From NCBI GenBank assembly GCA_963711565.1, contig CAVQEQ010000001.1, forward strand, positions 160,001 to 224,000: a stretch of 64,000 nucleotides of DNA, given 5' to 3'. Numbering within the stretch: the first letter of the stretch is position 1; each line of letters begins with the position of its first letter. Positions 37,667-47,628 of the stretch are shown piece by piece. The translations under genes and the position numbers were made by a program. Source of the stretch: an uncultured delta proteobacterium. GTDB taxonomy: Bacteria > Desulfobacterota > Binatia > Binatales > Binataceae. The notes below the pieces were generated by a model. That model saw only the letters and a list, made by a program, of their open reading frames with translations. It made no database searches and was not told the origin of the DNA.

Positions 37667-38484
37667 TTACGTGCCTCCATCGAGCGCTGCGTTAGAAAAA
37701 GAAAAAAGACGATGAAGAAGATGAAGTAGGTAACGTGATCGAGGTCGATCACGCCCTTAGCGAAGCCGCCGAACTGATCGAACAGTGAAAACGCGCGCAG
37801 CACATTGAGCCACGAGTTGGTAAACGCGGCCTCGTTCCAGTTGAGAATCCAGAAGAACAGCAGCAGCGTAATCGTGCCCATCCCCGCCATCACCTGGCTC
37901 TCGCATAGCGACGAGATGAACACGCCGCACGCAATAAACGCGCATCCGATCAGCAACAAGCCCAGGTAGCCAGCGAACAGCGGGAACAGCGGAAACGAAT
38001 GGATGCTGTAGATGTAAGCCGGGTAGAAGACGGTGAGCGCGAGCATCATGACGAAGATCGCGACCGACGCGAGGTACTTGCCGCCGAGTATTTCGCCGTC
38101 GCGCAGCGGGTAAGTGTAGAGCAACTCGATGGTGCCGAGCTTCCGCTCCTCCGCGAACAGCCGCATCGTAATGAACGGCAGCGTCAGCAGCATGCAGAGC
38201 CGGATGTCTGTGAGCAGCAACTGCCAGTAGTTCTGCATGATGTCTTTTGCGAACGCGATGGTCACGAAGAAAACGAGGTCGGTGTACGCGTAGTATCCCG
38301 CCAGCACCAGGAACACGCCCGACAACACGTACACGAGAGGAAAAGCGAAGTATGAGCGCAATTCCTTGCGCGTCACCGCGAACATCCGGCCTATCGAAAA
38401 GCCTGTCCCGGCGGCGCGGATCGCGGCGCGCCGGGATTCGGTCGCCGCTCCCGCGGCTTCAATCGTGGCTGCACCGTTAGGCAT
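37648..38484 (-). CDS. GldF-like ABC-2 permease
   Basis: KELRSYF, TMRLFAEERKLGTIELL, GKYLA. Confidence 0.92.
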   Translation of the reverse strand: MPNGAATIEAAGAATESRRAAIRAAGTGFSIGRMFAVTRKELRSYFAFPLVYVLSGVFLVLAGYYAYTDLVFFVTIAFAKDIMQNYWQLLLTDIRLCMLLTLPFITMRLFAEERKLGTIELLYTYPLRDGEILGGKYLASVAIFVMMLALTVFYPAYIYSIHSFPLFPLFAGYLGLLLIGCAFIACGVFISSLCESQVMAGMGTITLLLFFWILNWNEAAFTNSWLNVLRAFSLFDQFGGFAKGVIDLDHVTYFIFFIVFFLFLTQRSMEARKWTGRR

Positions 38485-39437
38485 TAAACCCGCTCTTCCT
38501 TAGTGACGAGACGCATGAACAGATCTTCAAGACTGAGCGCCATCGGCTTGACTTCGAGCAGGCTCCATCCGTGCTGCACGACGCACGCCGCCAGCGCGGA
38601 ACGCACTTCCTCGCCGTGCCCGCTCGAATACGCGACGAACGAGCACACGCCGTTCGCGCCCGCATCCGCCGGCCGGTCCTCGAGCCGCTGCACGAACTGG
38701 ACGGCGGTCAATGCCTCGCGCACGGCCGGCGACGGACCCGCTACCGTGATCAGCGTCTGATCGGTGCCTTGCAGTTTCGCCGTCAGTTGCTCGGGCGTGT
38801 CCTGCGCGACGATCCGTCCGCGATCGATTATCACGACGCGCCGGCACGTCATGTTGACTTCGGGCAGGATGTGCGTCGATAGCAGCACGGTCGAATGGCC
38901 CGCCAGCGAACGGATCAGGTCGCGGATTTCGACGACTTGCCGCGGATCGAGGCCGACAGTCGGCTCGTCGAGAATGAGCACTTCGGGATCGCTCAGGATG
39001 GCCTGCGCGATACCGACGCGCTGCCGGTAGCCCTTCGACAGTTTGCCGATAAGCTTGCGCCGCACGTCCTTGAGCCCGCAGGTCTCGAGCGAAAATTCGA
39101 TTCGATCGCGCGTCGTCCGCGGATCGATCTCGCGCACGCGCGCGCCGAACTCGAGCAGCGCATCGACGCTGAGGTCGGGATACAGCACCATGTTTTCCGG
39201 CAGGTAGCCCACGCGGCGCCGGGTCTCGAGCGAATGCTGCGCAACGTCGAGGCCGCCGATCATCGCGCGTCCGGAAGTCGCGGGGAAAAATCCCGTCAGT
39301 ATCCGCATGATCGTCGTCTTGCCGGAGCCGTTGGGGCCCAGCAGGCCGATGATCTCGCCCTTCTCGACCTTGAACGAAACGTGGTTGACGGCAAGCGTGG
39401 CGCCGAAATATTTGGTTAGCTCCTGGACCTCTATCAT
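38484..39437 (-). CDS. GldA-like ABC ATP-binding protein
   Basis: GPNGSGKTT, LSKGYRQR, ILDEPT. Confidence 0.95.
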   Translation of the reverse strand: MIEVQELTKYFGATLAVNHVSFKVEKGEIIGLLGPNGSGKTTIMRILTGFFPATSGRAMIGGLDVAQHSLETRRRVGYLPENMVLYPDLSVDALLEFGARVREIDPRTTRDRIEFSLETCGLKDVRRKLIGKLSKGYRQRVGIAQAILSDPEVLILDEPTVGLDPRQVVEIRDLIRSLAGHSTVLLSTHILPEVNMTCRRVVIIDRGRIVAQDTPEQLTAKLQGTDQTLITVAGPSPAVREALTAVQFVQRLEDRPADAGANGVCSFVAYSSGHGEEVRSALAACVVQHGWSLLEVKPMALSLEDLFMRLVTKEERV

Positions 39438-39647
39438 GAAGCCTGCCCTAGCCCATCGCGCGCGCGAAATTCACCGCTCCCGCGTTCAATAGCGCCGGGG
39501 TATCGTGCATAATTCTCAATGTAGTGCAAATGGCGCCCGAAAGCAGGAGTGTGATCCTCGACATTCTAGAGACGGCTGAACGAGGAAGTCAATTCAGTTT
39601 TTTCCGCACGCCGATGGGCTATATCTGTAGGGGAAACTGGTGCACTG

Positions 39648-39938
39648 ATGGGACGATTGTTAGTTGGCGGACTGGTTGTCGCTATTGTTGCCGCGTTGCT
39701 GTTCTATTTTTATTCGAGCAGCTATCGCACGCAAATCGACCAGCAGACGCAGCAGGTTTCGCAGCTCAACGACCAACTGCTCAAGCTTCAAACTGAAAAC
39801 GAGCAGCTCAAGGCCGAGCTGTCGAAAGTTCAGAACGAGCAAAGCATCCTTGCCGCTCAGAATGAAGAAATGCGCAAGGCGATCGCGGAGTTCAAGGCGA
39901 CGGGGAAGATGCCGGTGATTCCGCCGCCGCCGAAGTGA
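39648..39938 (+). CDS. Small membrane-anchored coiled-coil protein
   Basis: N-terminal TM then Gln/Glu/Leu heptads. Confidence 0.7.
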   Translation: MGRLLVGGLVVAIVAALLFYFYSSSYRTQIDQQTQQVSQLNDQLLKLQTENEQLKAELSKVQNEQSILAAQNEEMRKAIAEFKATGKMPVIPPPPK

Positions 39939-39965
39939 GAGGCATCGGACCGCTTCGCGATTTCA

Positions 39966-40176
39966 GAAACCGGTACCGGCTTCGCTGGCGCGAAGCTGTC
40001 CGAGGTCCGTTCCTCCCGTCGCTAACGCTCCCGTCGTCAGGATGACAAAGTGCGCGAAGCGCGCGTCGGAACCTAACCCCTTCCCGCGCGGGAAGGGGAA
40101 CCAGATTCTAGGAAATACTGGGTGCAGGGGTCACCCCTGCCGAAGGAAGCGCGAAACCCACGGTGGGTTTCGCATT
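39966..40176. repeat. Mosaic cluster of REP-like families B, C and A
   Basis: B at 39966-40047, C at 40067-40107, A at 40117-40176, between convergent genes. Confidence 0.8.
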
Positions 40177-40191
40177 GAATCAATTTTCGGT

Positions 40192-40737
40192 TCACTCCTT
40201 CTCCGGCTCGGGCTTTAGCAGGTAGCGCTGCCACTCCTGCAGGAAGCCCAGCGCTCGCATGTCAGGCATGCGGTCGAGGTAAACTTCGCCCTTCAGATGA
40301 TCCGTTTCGTGCTGGATCACGCGCGCGTGGAAATCCGACGCATCGATGTCAACCGGCTCCGCATTGCGCCCGAGCGCCGTCACTCGCAGCCGCTTGAATC
40401 GCGGCACACGCCCGCGAAGGTCGGGCACGCTCAGGCATCCCTCCCACTCCTCGACGGGCGTCCGGTCGAGAATCGTCACAACAGGATTGACGAGGACAGT
40501 CAGCGGCACGTCGGGCATGTCGGGATAGCGCGGATGGTCGTGGACTTCGAGGACGGCCAGTTGCATCGGCAGATGCACCTGCGGGGCGGCGAGGCCGACA
40601 CCGTTGTACTCGTACATCGTCTCGATCATGTCGTCGATAAGCTGCTGAAATTCTTTTGTTTTGATCCGGTCGGGGGGCACCGGGCTGGACGCGGTCCTGA
40701 GCGAGGGGAATCCGAGACGTGCAACTTTCAAAATCAT
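40192..40737 (-). CDS. def: Peptide deformylase
   Basis: GVGLAAPQ, EGCLS, QHETDH. Confidence 0.96.
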   Translation of the reverse strand: MILKVARLGFPSLRTASSPVPPDRIKTKEFQQLIDDMIETMYEYNGVGLAAPQVHLPMQLAVLEVHDHPRYPDMPDVPLTVLVNPVVTILDRTPVEEWEGCLSVPDLRGRVPRFKRLRVTALGRNAEPVDIDASDFHARVIQHETDHLKGEVYLDRMPDMRALGFLQEWQRYLLKPEPEKE

Positions 40738-40828
40738 CGCGTAACCTCACTTCGCGGTGCATTTGAGCAAAATATTGATTGTAGCAGCGCACGGCTCTCG
40801 CATACATTATAGCGGCGCCAGGTAGTCG

Positions 40829-43117
40829 ATGAGTGACCGCAAACATTCCGGGTTGACGCCCCGACGCGCCGTTGCGGCGTTCGCCATCGTTCTTGTTTTC
40901 GCCTTCGCCGCATCATGGACCTCGCTTTCCGCACACGCGGGTGGCGCGGCCGCAACTCCCTCGGTCGCGGCACCAAGGCAGGGGCAGCATCGCCTAGCGA
41001 TAAGAACAGGAACGGTCTATCTATCGCAATTGCCGGCGGCGACGCTGAGCGTCGGCCGGCGTTCGCGACCGTTGCGCGTCGCCAATCCCGCCGCCTATCG
41101 CCAAGGCAAAGCCGCGCTTGACGCGGGCGCGACGCTGCCCGGCATTCCAGCACTCGCGACGCTCGCACTGACCACGACGCCGACCGTATCGACGAATTTC
41201 GCAGGGCTGGCATATCCGGACTCGCAATGCGGCACCGACTGCGAGCCGCCGGACACGCAAGTGGCGGCGGGCCCGAGCAATGTGGTCGAGGTGATCAACA
41301 TCGTAGGGCAGGTCTATACGAAGACCGGAACCGCAGTCGGGACCGCCTTTAACCTCAATACCTTGTTCGGCGTTGACCCCGCCATTTTCTCGAGCGATCC
41401 GAGAATCGCGTACGACACGATTTCAGGCCGGTGGTTCATCTCGTTTTTGACTTTCGATAATGACAATTACGACGAAGCGCAAAATGGCTTCTTCGATCTT
41501 GCGGTCTCGATGAGTTCGGATCCGACAGCGGGCTTCTACACGTATTCTATCGAGACGCCCGGCGATGGTCCCGATCAGCCATCGCTCGGATTTAACGACG
41601 ATAAGGTGGCCCAGGGCAGCAACTCATATTCGTGCGATCCCGACTGCGCGGAAGGCCCTTACGAAGGCAACGAGTTCCTGGTTTGGAACAAGAGCGAGCT
41701 TCTGGCCGGCGACGCGACTATAGATACGGATTACTATCCGCCGGGCCAGGACACCACCGACTTCCCGATCATTGCGGCCAGGAGCCGATCGTCAACCTCG
41801 ACGCTTTGGATGCTCTCCGCTTTCGGCACCCAGCTCGATCCCCCCAATCCTCCCATCGTTATCGACGAACTGAACATATGGTCGGTCACCGGCGTCCCCA
41901 GCGCCGACACGAGCAGCGCCGCCACGGATACGATCGCAACGATAACGGACTTTATCGATCCGCCGAGCGCGCAGCAGAAGAATGGAAGCGGCAACAAGAT
42001 TTACACCGCGGATTCGCGTCTGCTGGACGCGGTCTATCGCGACGGCCTCTTGTGGGGATCCGGGAACGACTCCTGCCTGCCGACGGGAGACACCTTAGAC
42101 CGCAGCTGCCTGCAATACTTCGAGGTACTGACGGGAGGCGCCAGCCCGGTCGTGAATCAGGATTTTTCATTCGGCACCAAGAACGCGTACGACTACTATC
42201 CGTCGGTCGATCTCGACAGTTCCGACGACCTGATCAGCTCCTTCAGCCAATCATCCTCAACCGAATTTCCGTCGGCCTATGTCGATGGGCGCCTGCTCGG
42301 TGATCCAGTCAACACGCTCGGAACACCGGTGCTCTTTCAAGCCGGCGCCCAGACGTACAACGGAAGCAGTTGGGGCGATTATTCGGGTGCCGGCGTCGAT
42401 CCAAGCGATCAGACTTCGATTTGGGTCGCGGCGGAATACGCAACCAACGCGTTAACAGGTCTCAATTGGGGAACATCGATAGCCGAGGCTCGAGTCCTCG
42501 CCGCCTCATCTGCCAGCCCGACTCCGACCGCCACCGCGACGCCGACTGCCACCGCAACGCCAACCACCACAGCCACTGCCACGACTACCGTAACTGCGAC
42601 CGCCACGAACAGCGCAACACCGACCACTTCCGCGACGCCAACAGCATCCAGCAGCCCGACCGCGAGCGCGTCAGGAACTCCAGCTCCAACCACAACCGTC
42701 ACCGCCACCGCGACGGCAACCTCGACGCCGACCGCAACGCCAACCGCGACCAGCACCGCGACTGCAACTCAGACGGCGACTCCGACTGCGACGCCGACGC
42801 CGCCATTCGGAACGTTCAGCGTCTCCGGCAACCTGAGTTTCGGCAAGGTGAAGGTCAACTCGACCAAGAGCAAGCACCTGAAGATCAAGAACAAGGGCAA
42901 GGGCTCGCTGCAGGTAATGGTTGGGACGCTCGTGCCGCCGTTCACCGTGACGGCAGGCAGCGGCACCTTCAACCTGGCCAAGGGCAAGACCGAAAATGTA
43001 ACCGTCCAGTTCAAGCCGACCGCCGCGGGCGCGACGCCGGAACAAGTCCTGATGATCACGAGCGACGACCCCAAGCATCCGTCGCACAACACGCCCGCGT
43101 CGGGCTCCGGAAAATAA
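40829..43117 (+). CDS. Large secreted protein with Thr/Pro/Ala linker and C-terminal ASH/choice-of-anchor D-like Ig domain
   Basis: Signal peptide, PPDT / SDPR / WGDYS motifs, TPTAT repeats, LSFGKV...IKNKG...VQFKPT...ITSDDP. Confidence 0.8.
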   Translation: MSDRKHSGLTPRRAVAAFAIVLVFAFAASWTSLSAHAGGAAATPSVAAPRQGQHRLAIRTGTVYLSQLPAATLSVGRRSRPLRVANPAAYRQGKAALDAGATLPGIPALATLALTTTPTVSTNFAGLAYPDSQCGTDCEPPDTQVAAGPSNVVEVINIVGQVYTKTGTAVGTAFNLNTLFGVDPAIFSSDPRIAYDTISGRWFISFLTFDNDNYDEAQNGFFDLAVSMSSDPTAGFYTYSIETPGDGPDQPSLGFNDDKVAQGSNSYSCDPDCAEGPYEGNEFLVWNKSELLAGDATIDTDYYPPGQDTTDFPIIAARSRSSTSTLWMLSAFGTQLDPPNPPIVIDELNIWSVTGVPSADTSSAATDTIATITDFIDPPSAQQKNGSGNKIYTADSRLLDAVYRDGLLWGSGNDSCLPTGDTLDRSCLQYFEVLTGGASPVVNQDFSFGTKNAYDYYPSVDLDSSDDLISSFSQSSSTEFPSAYVDGRLLGDPVNTLGTPVLFQAGAQTYNGSSWGDYSGAGVDPSDQTSIWVAAEYATNALTGLNWGTSIAEARVLAASSASPTPTATATPTATATPTTTATATTTVTATATNSATPTTSATPTASSSPTASASGTPAPTTTVTATATATSTPTATPTATSTATATQTATPTATPTPPFGTFSVSGNLSFGKVKVNSTKSKHLKIKNKGKGSLQVMVGTLVPPFTVTAGSGTFNLAKGKTENVTVQFKPTAAGATPEQVLMITSDDPKHPSHNTPASGSGK

Positions 43118-43140
43118 TCGCGCCTATTTTCGCGGCGTAG

Positions 43141-43188
43141 CGGAACCTAACCCCTAACCCCTTCCCCTGGTGGAAGGGGAACCGGATT
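43141..43188 (+). repeat. Repeat family C copy
   Basis: CGGAACCTAACCCC...CCCCTTCC...GGAAGGGGAACC.GATT as at 40067-40107. Confidence 0.75.
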
Positions 43189-43224
43189 GGAAAGAGGACG
43201 GCGCTACGCTGCTGGCAAGCAAAC

Positions 43225-44226
43225 CTACCGACTGGGCGCTGTCCCCGCTGCCGTGTCTGCTCGCAATGTGATGATTCGTCCGCTCGCCTCGCGCAAATCT
43301 GCGGTAGTTACCTGCCACACTCCGAGGTGTCGTTTCATTGTTATGAAAACGATGCCCTTGCTGTGGGTTCCTTCGACACTGATTGCGAATTTCGCGCTGC
43401 CCTCGGGGCCGCGATAGCTCAGCTGGCTTCCCCATCGGTTTAAGTTGACGCTGCTTATGGTTCCCAATTCGGCCTGAATGATTAGATCCGATCGAACATA
43501 ATTGTCCGCGATACGATAGGGCTCACTCTTGGCGAGGAAGTGCGGCGCTACGACACTCCAGACGGCAATTCCTACTGCCAGAGCGCTACCCCAGAGGAGC
43601 AAACGCTTCGCGATCCTCGGAACTCGCGGAGGCGCGCTGGTCGTTGCTTTCTTGATGCGCGGACCGGACATCGCTTGTAGTGCTTCTTCGAGAAGCCCAC
43701 GCGCCTTTCGCGCCTCGTACCCGAAGCTTGCCGCCACCATCAAATATGCGACGGCACCCATCGCACTCATAAATCCCATGCCTTCCAGCCAATTCCCGGC
43801 CTGATTTCTTTTCGAAGAAAAGATAGCCTCGAACAAAGAAAGGAAGGCGATGAAAGCCAGCGTCCCAAACCACAGCGCGGCGAATCCGCTCGCATACTGC
43901 CTCAGGCGCATCCTGACTTGCACGCGCGTGCCACGCGGTCTGGGGTCGAAGCGGCCAATAACCACCGGCTGCAAGCCATTCGAGTAATAAATGAGCCGCA
44001 TTATTTTGAAGCCCTCTGGCGAGACTTCCCCGGCAAAGAGCTTATTGGTCCGGCGGAACCCCGCGAGGAATACGTTTCCGGGTTCGACGATTGCGTGAAG
44101 CCGTTCGACGGTTTCGGACTGGGAGATCTCTGTGTCGATAACAAACTGTCTGGATGGAAACCGGATCAGATCGCGCAGCCACCCGCCGCCAGAATTGAGC
44201 GGCGCGCCTCCCCCGTTTGACGACAT
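43225..44226 (-). CDS. Membrane protein with possible Coa1-like C-terminal domain
   Basis: Three TM segments; IQAELG...GSAKFAISVEG..SKG pattern. Confidence 0.65.
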   Translation of the reverse strand: MSSNGGGAPLNSGGGWLRDLIRFPSRQFVIDTEISQSETVERLHAIVEPGNVFLAGFRRTNKLFAGEVSPEGFKIMRLIYYSNGLQPVVIGRFDPRPRGTRVQVRMRLRQYASGFAALWFGTLAFIAFLSLFEAIFSSKRNQAGNWLEGMGFMSAMGAVAYLMVAASFGYEARKARGLLEEALQAMSGPRIKKATTSAPPRVPRIAKRLLLWGSALAVGIAVWSVVAPHFLAKSEPYRIADNYVRSDLIIQAELGTISSVNLNRWGSQLSYRGPEGSAKFAISVEGTHSKGIVFITMKRHLGVWQVTTADLREASGRIITLRADTAAGTAPSR

Positions 44227-44310
44227 GTCGCAATGTTACGCGCAGCCGATGCGCCCGACAATGCGCGGCGCCGGACTAGCTGCGGGGGCGACGCGCTCGC
44301 GGCGCCTTTG

Positions 44311-44982
44311 CTAGTTGGTCTGGAGGCCGGCGGTCTTCTGGCGGATCAGGCTGACGAGTTTGTCGTAGCCGTCGGTGTTGAGCACGCGGTTGAATTGATT
44401 GCGGTAGTTGGCGATCACGCTGATCGAGTCAATCGTGATGTCGTAGATTTTCCACTCGTTGCCGCCCAGCCGCATCATGTAGTTGACGGGAATCGGATCC
44501 TTCTGATCCTGCAGCACAACCGTGCTGTAAACCTCGGCGTAGTCGGGGCCGTCAGTCGTCTGCCTAGTGAATTGAATCATTGAGGATTGTATCTGCTGGT
44601 TAATCTTTTCGACCGAGTAGGATTCGATACGCGACAGGTAGGCGTCCTCGATGAAGGTGGTGAAGAGCGGCACGAACTCGCTCTGCTGCGCGGGCGTCAA
44701 AGTTTTCCAATGATAGCCGATCGCCGATTGCGACATCTCGGTAAAATCGAAATGGCTCTCGGCGATCGCGCGCAGCTTCTGCTCGCGATCGGCCGCGGAG
44801 ATCTGCTGATCTTTGAACACGACGATTGACTGATCGATGATTGATTTGACCGACGCGGTCGCGTCGCTGGGCGAATACGAGGCGGGCACGGGCGCCTGGG
44901 CGGCGGCCGCGGCGGCGAACGCAAATGAGAGCACCGCGCTAAGCGCAATCGTTTGTAGTTTCAATTTCAGGCGCGTCTTCAC
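44311..44982 (-). CDS. MlaC/Ttg2D family periplasmic lipid-binding protein
   Basis: FDFTEMSQSAIG..W, WKIYDITID.IS..NYRNQF; start approximate. Confidence 0.88.
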   Translation of the reverse strand: MKTRLKLKLQTIALSAVLSFAFAAAAAAQAPVPASYSPSDATASVKSIIDQSIVVFKDQQISAADREQKLRAIAESHFDFTEMSQSAIGYHWKTLTPAQQSEFVPLFTTFIEDAYLSRIESYSVEKINQQIQSSMIQFTRQTTDGPDYAEVYSTVVLQDQKDPIPVNYMMRLGGNEWKIYDITIDSISVIANYRNQFNRVLNTDGYDKLVSLIRQKTAGLQTN

Positions 44983-44995
44983 TCGGGGAGAATTT

Positions 44996-45280
44996 CTACA
45001 GCGTGGGACCGTTCTTGAACAGTTTGCGGTCGTCCACGTCGCCATCCGACGGTTTGCGCAGGCAACTTTCCGCGAGCCATCGATTCGTCACGGTATCCGA
45101 CAACGCAGTCCCGCCTTCATCGACCGCCCAGGTCCGGCTGTTGATGGTCGTCTGATTGAAAATCCTGCCGCAGCTTCTGCAGGTAAATGCGAGCCGCGAA
45201 CCGCCTCCCGGAGCTATCGATTCGATGGTGCGAACCTTCCAGTCGTGCGTTCTCCACGGCGTCAACCCTTCATCGCGCAT
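44996..45280 (-). CDS. Hypothetical protein with H...CxxC...C motif
   Basis: GGAGG SD; fits between co-directional genes. Confidence 0.6.
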   Translation of the reverse strand: MRDEGLTPWRTHDWKVRTIESIAPGGGSRLAFTCRSCGRIFNQTTINSRTWAVDEGGTALSDTVTNRWLAESCLRKPSDGDVDDRKLFKNGPTL

Positions 45281-45314
45281 ATCGCCTCCTGCAAAATGTT
45301 CAATTCCAATTCAT

Positions 45315-45638
45315 CTACGCGGCGCCGCTGCCAGTGCTGCGCTTGGCGGGCGCGCGCCGTTTGCGTTCACCGCGGTACTTTTGCACACCGGGCTCCTGCG
45401 GACGGAAGGGATCGACGTGAATTTTGCGGCCTTCGAGTTCGGTGCCGCTGAAATAGACGGCGGCATTGATCGCATCTTCGACTTCGACCATTTCGACGAA
45501 GCCGAATCCGCGGGATTTACCGGTGAGCTTGTCGGTGATCACCAGCGCGCCGGCTACCCGGCCGACTTTGGAGAAGAGCGCCCGCAGCTCATCGCGCGTA
45601 ACTGACTCAGCGAGATTTCCTACATATATTCTCGGCAC
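45315..45638 (-). CDS. RRM RNA-binding protein
   Basis: RNP2 IYVGNL, RNP1 RGFGFVEM; GTG with AGGAGG. Confidence 0.9.
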   Translation of the reverse strand: MPRIYVGNLAESVTRDELRALFSKVGRVAGALVITDKLTGKSRGFGFVEMVEVEDAINAAVYFSGTELEGRKIHVDPFRPQEPGVQKYRGERKRRAPAKRSTGSGAA

Positions 45639-45743
45639 CGGCCCTCCTGATTGCGAGGCGTGAGACTTCTGTCGGCTCCCAGGACGGGAGCGCGAAGAGA
45701 ATTCAAACATTGAGGACCGCGAGACTCGGAGCCCGCGATCTTG

Positions 45744-45781
45744 AAAAACGACTGAGCGGGCACACAGTGCGCCCGCTCAGC
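45744..45781 (-). terminator. Rho-independent terminator
   Basis: CTGAGCGGG stem followed by a T-run on the minus strand, just after the upstream RRM gene. Confidence 0.6.
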
Positions 45782-45792
45782 CTCAGATCAAT

Positions 45793-46125
45793 TTACCAGC
45801 GGCCGCCGCCTCCGCCGCCGCGATTGTCTCCGCCGCCGCGCCGGTTGCCACCGCCACCGCCGCCGCCGAAGCTCGATTCGCGGGGCTTGGCCTCGCTAAC
45901 CTTGATGTTCCTTCCCTTGAGATCGGTATCATTCAGGGTCTGGATTGCCTTGGACGCATCTTCCGCATTCGCCATCTCGACGAAGCCGAAGCCCTTCGAT
46001 TGGCCGGAAAATTTATCCGTGATTACCGCCACGCTTTGAACCTGGCCTGCTTGTGAAAACAGTTCTTCCAGATCGCTGTTGGAGACCGAGTAGGCCAGAT
46101 TGCCTACGTACAATTTGCTGGGCAT
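45793..46125 (-). CDS. RRM RNA-binding protein with Gly-rich tail
   Basis: LYVGNL, KGFGFVEM, VSEAKPR, GGGG tail. Confidence 0.95.
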   Translation of the reverse strand: MPSKLYVGNLAYSVSNSDLEELFSQAGQVQSVAVITDKFSGQSKGFGFVEMANAEDASKAIQTLNDTDLKGRNIKVSEAKPRESSFGGGGGGGNRRGGGDNRGGGGGGRW

Positions 46126-46347
46126 TTTTGCCCTCCGTAAGTATTTGCCGGGAAGCTCTCGTACAGAAAACCCGGGCTAATTCCCGGGCTTAGAGAAAGG
46201 AACAATCCGAGCGTTAGAACAGCAGAATACGCTAATCCCGCCCCCGAAGATAGGGGGCCAAAACTCGTTGCCAGATCGTATAGTATCGCCCGCTGGAGCT
46301 GAATGCGACGCCCTCTCTCGTTCGACTCGCCCATGCGCAAGCCGGCG

Positions 46348-46379
46348 AAAAAGAAGGCCGGACCGCGAGCGGTCCGGCC
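46348..46379 (-). terminator. Rho-independent terminator
   Basis: GGCCGGACCG/CGGTCCGGCC stem plus TTCTTTTT. Confidence 0.75.
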
Positions 46380-46399
46380 AGTAATTGCAGTCTCTTCGA

Positions 46400-46768
46400 T
46401 CAAAGGTGGAAGAAGAGATTCATGCCTTCAGATGGCGGGTAATAGTCAGGGCCGTATTCCCCCGGTGGATAGTAGGCATAGGGCTCAGGCTCCACGTAGG
46501 GGTCGGGTCCGTATGGGTAATATTCCGGGCCGCCGTAGTAACCGCCCCAACCTCCGCCATGCCAGCCCCCATGCCAGCCGCCGTGGCCGCCATGATAAGC
46601 GCCATGGTATCCGCCATGGCCGCCGCCATGACGGGCAGCCAAGGCAGAGTTCGCGGGGAGCGCACACAACAGGAGGCCGCCGAATGCGAGCGCGGTCGCG
46701 ATTCGCGCGAATCTCCTGAAGATGGATCGCGAGGCGTTGGCGTTGTCATGTTTAGTCGAGTTGTTCAT
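46400..46768 (-). CDS. Secreted Gly/His/Tyr/Pro-rich low-complexity protein
   Basis: Signal peptide, HGGWHGG repeats, YYPP repeats. Confidence 0.7.
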   Translation of the reverse strand: MNNSTKHDNANASRSIFRRFARIATALAFGGLLLCALPANSALAARHGGGHGGYHGAYHGGHGGWHGGWHGGGWGGYYGGPEYYPYGPDPYVEPEPYAYYPPGEYGPDYYPPSEGMNLFFHL

Positions 46769-46801
46769 GTTGACTCTCCGTCGCCGGCGCGACTGCCAGT
46801 G

Positions 46802-47332
46802 CTAGCTTTCCTTGCTGACTTCTTTTTTTGCCTCGGTGCGCGCGCGTCTGCGGAACATCGAGTCGGCAGTCTTCTTCTGCGCGTCAGACAGGCTGTTGTA
46901 GAGATCCTCGAAGGCCGGAACGAATTTCTTCATCCCATCTTCATGGGCCTGGATCACTTCCGCGTAGGATTTCACGGCATCGACCGCGGTCATCGATTTC
47001 GAGTCCGCCAGGCGCTGTTTTTCGAGGTCCATCATCGCCTGCGCGTTATCGCGCATTACCTGGGCGAGGTTGTCCCATTGAGTCTTCTGAGCCTCGGTGA
47101 TGTGGAGCCTCGTGTGCAGCTCGCGGAGTCGCGCATCGACCGAAGCGTTTGCGGGAGATTCCGGTGCTGTCTCCGATGCTGCCATCTGTTGGTGTGAAGA
47201 GGCCGCGGGTGACTTGGCGGCGGCCGCACTATCGCCGGGGGCCGCGAACAAAGGCGTCGCGAGAAAGATGGCGCCGAGCAGAGTTGCGGCTGCGGTGGTT
47301 GTGCGCGCGCTTGGACGGTTTGACGGGATCAT
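46802..47332 (-). CDS. Spy/CpxP (LTXXQ) family periplasmic chaperone
   Basis: LHITEAQ..QW and LYNSLSDAQKKTAD motifs; signal peptide. Confidence 0.85.
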   Translation of the reverse strand: MIPSNRPSARTTTAAATLLGAIFLATPLFAAPGDSAAAAKSPAASSHQQMAASETAPESPANASVDARLRELHTRLHITEAQKTQWDNLAQVMRDNAQAMMDLEKQRLADSKSMTAVDAVKSYAEVIQAHEDGMKKFVPAFEDLYNSLSDAQKKTADSMFRRRARTEAKKEVSKES

Positions 47333-47628
47333 AATTTGGTTACCCCTGAAATGGTTTACGATTGTTCCCTCATGGGATTCGATGATCAGGATTAAGTGCA
47401 ATTTCGGGGCCCATGGCATCTGGTTCGATGCTGAAGAAAATTCCGATGGAATTTGCTGATTGATGCGCAATGCCCGAAGCGGCCCGGTGTGAAGCTCCGG
47501 AAGTTTTTACACGATTGCGCGGGCTTTGCCGGCAACAAAACGGGCCGCGCGCGGGATCAGGGCTGATTCAACGACGCGTTCGGCGACGCGAACCAATCAT
47601 GCATCCACTGATCGGCAATCAGCAGGGA

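Noticed and set aside
42510-42805. Repetitive ACC/GCG/CCG tract
   Set aside because: Encodes the Thr/Pro/Ala linker; not a CRISPR array or DNA-level repeat
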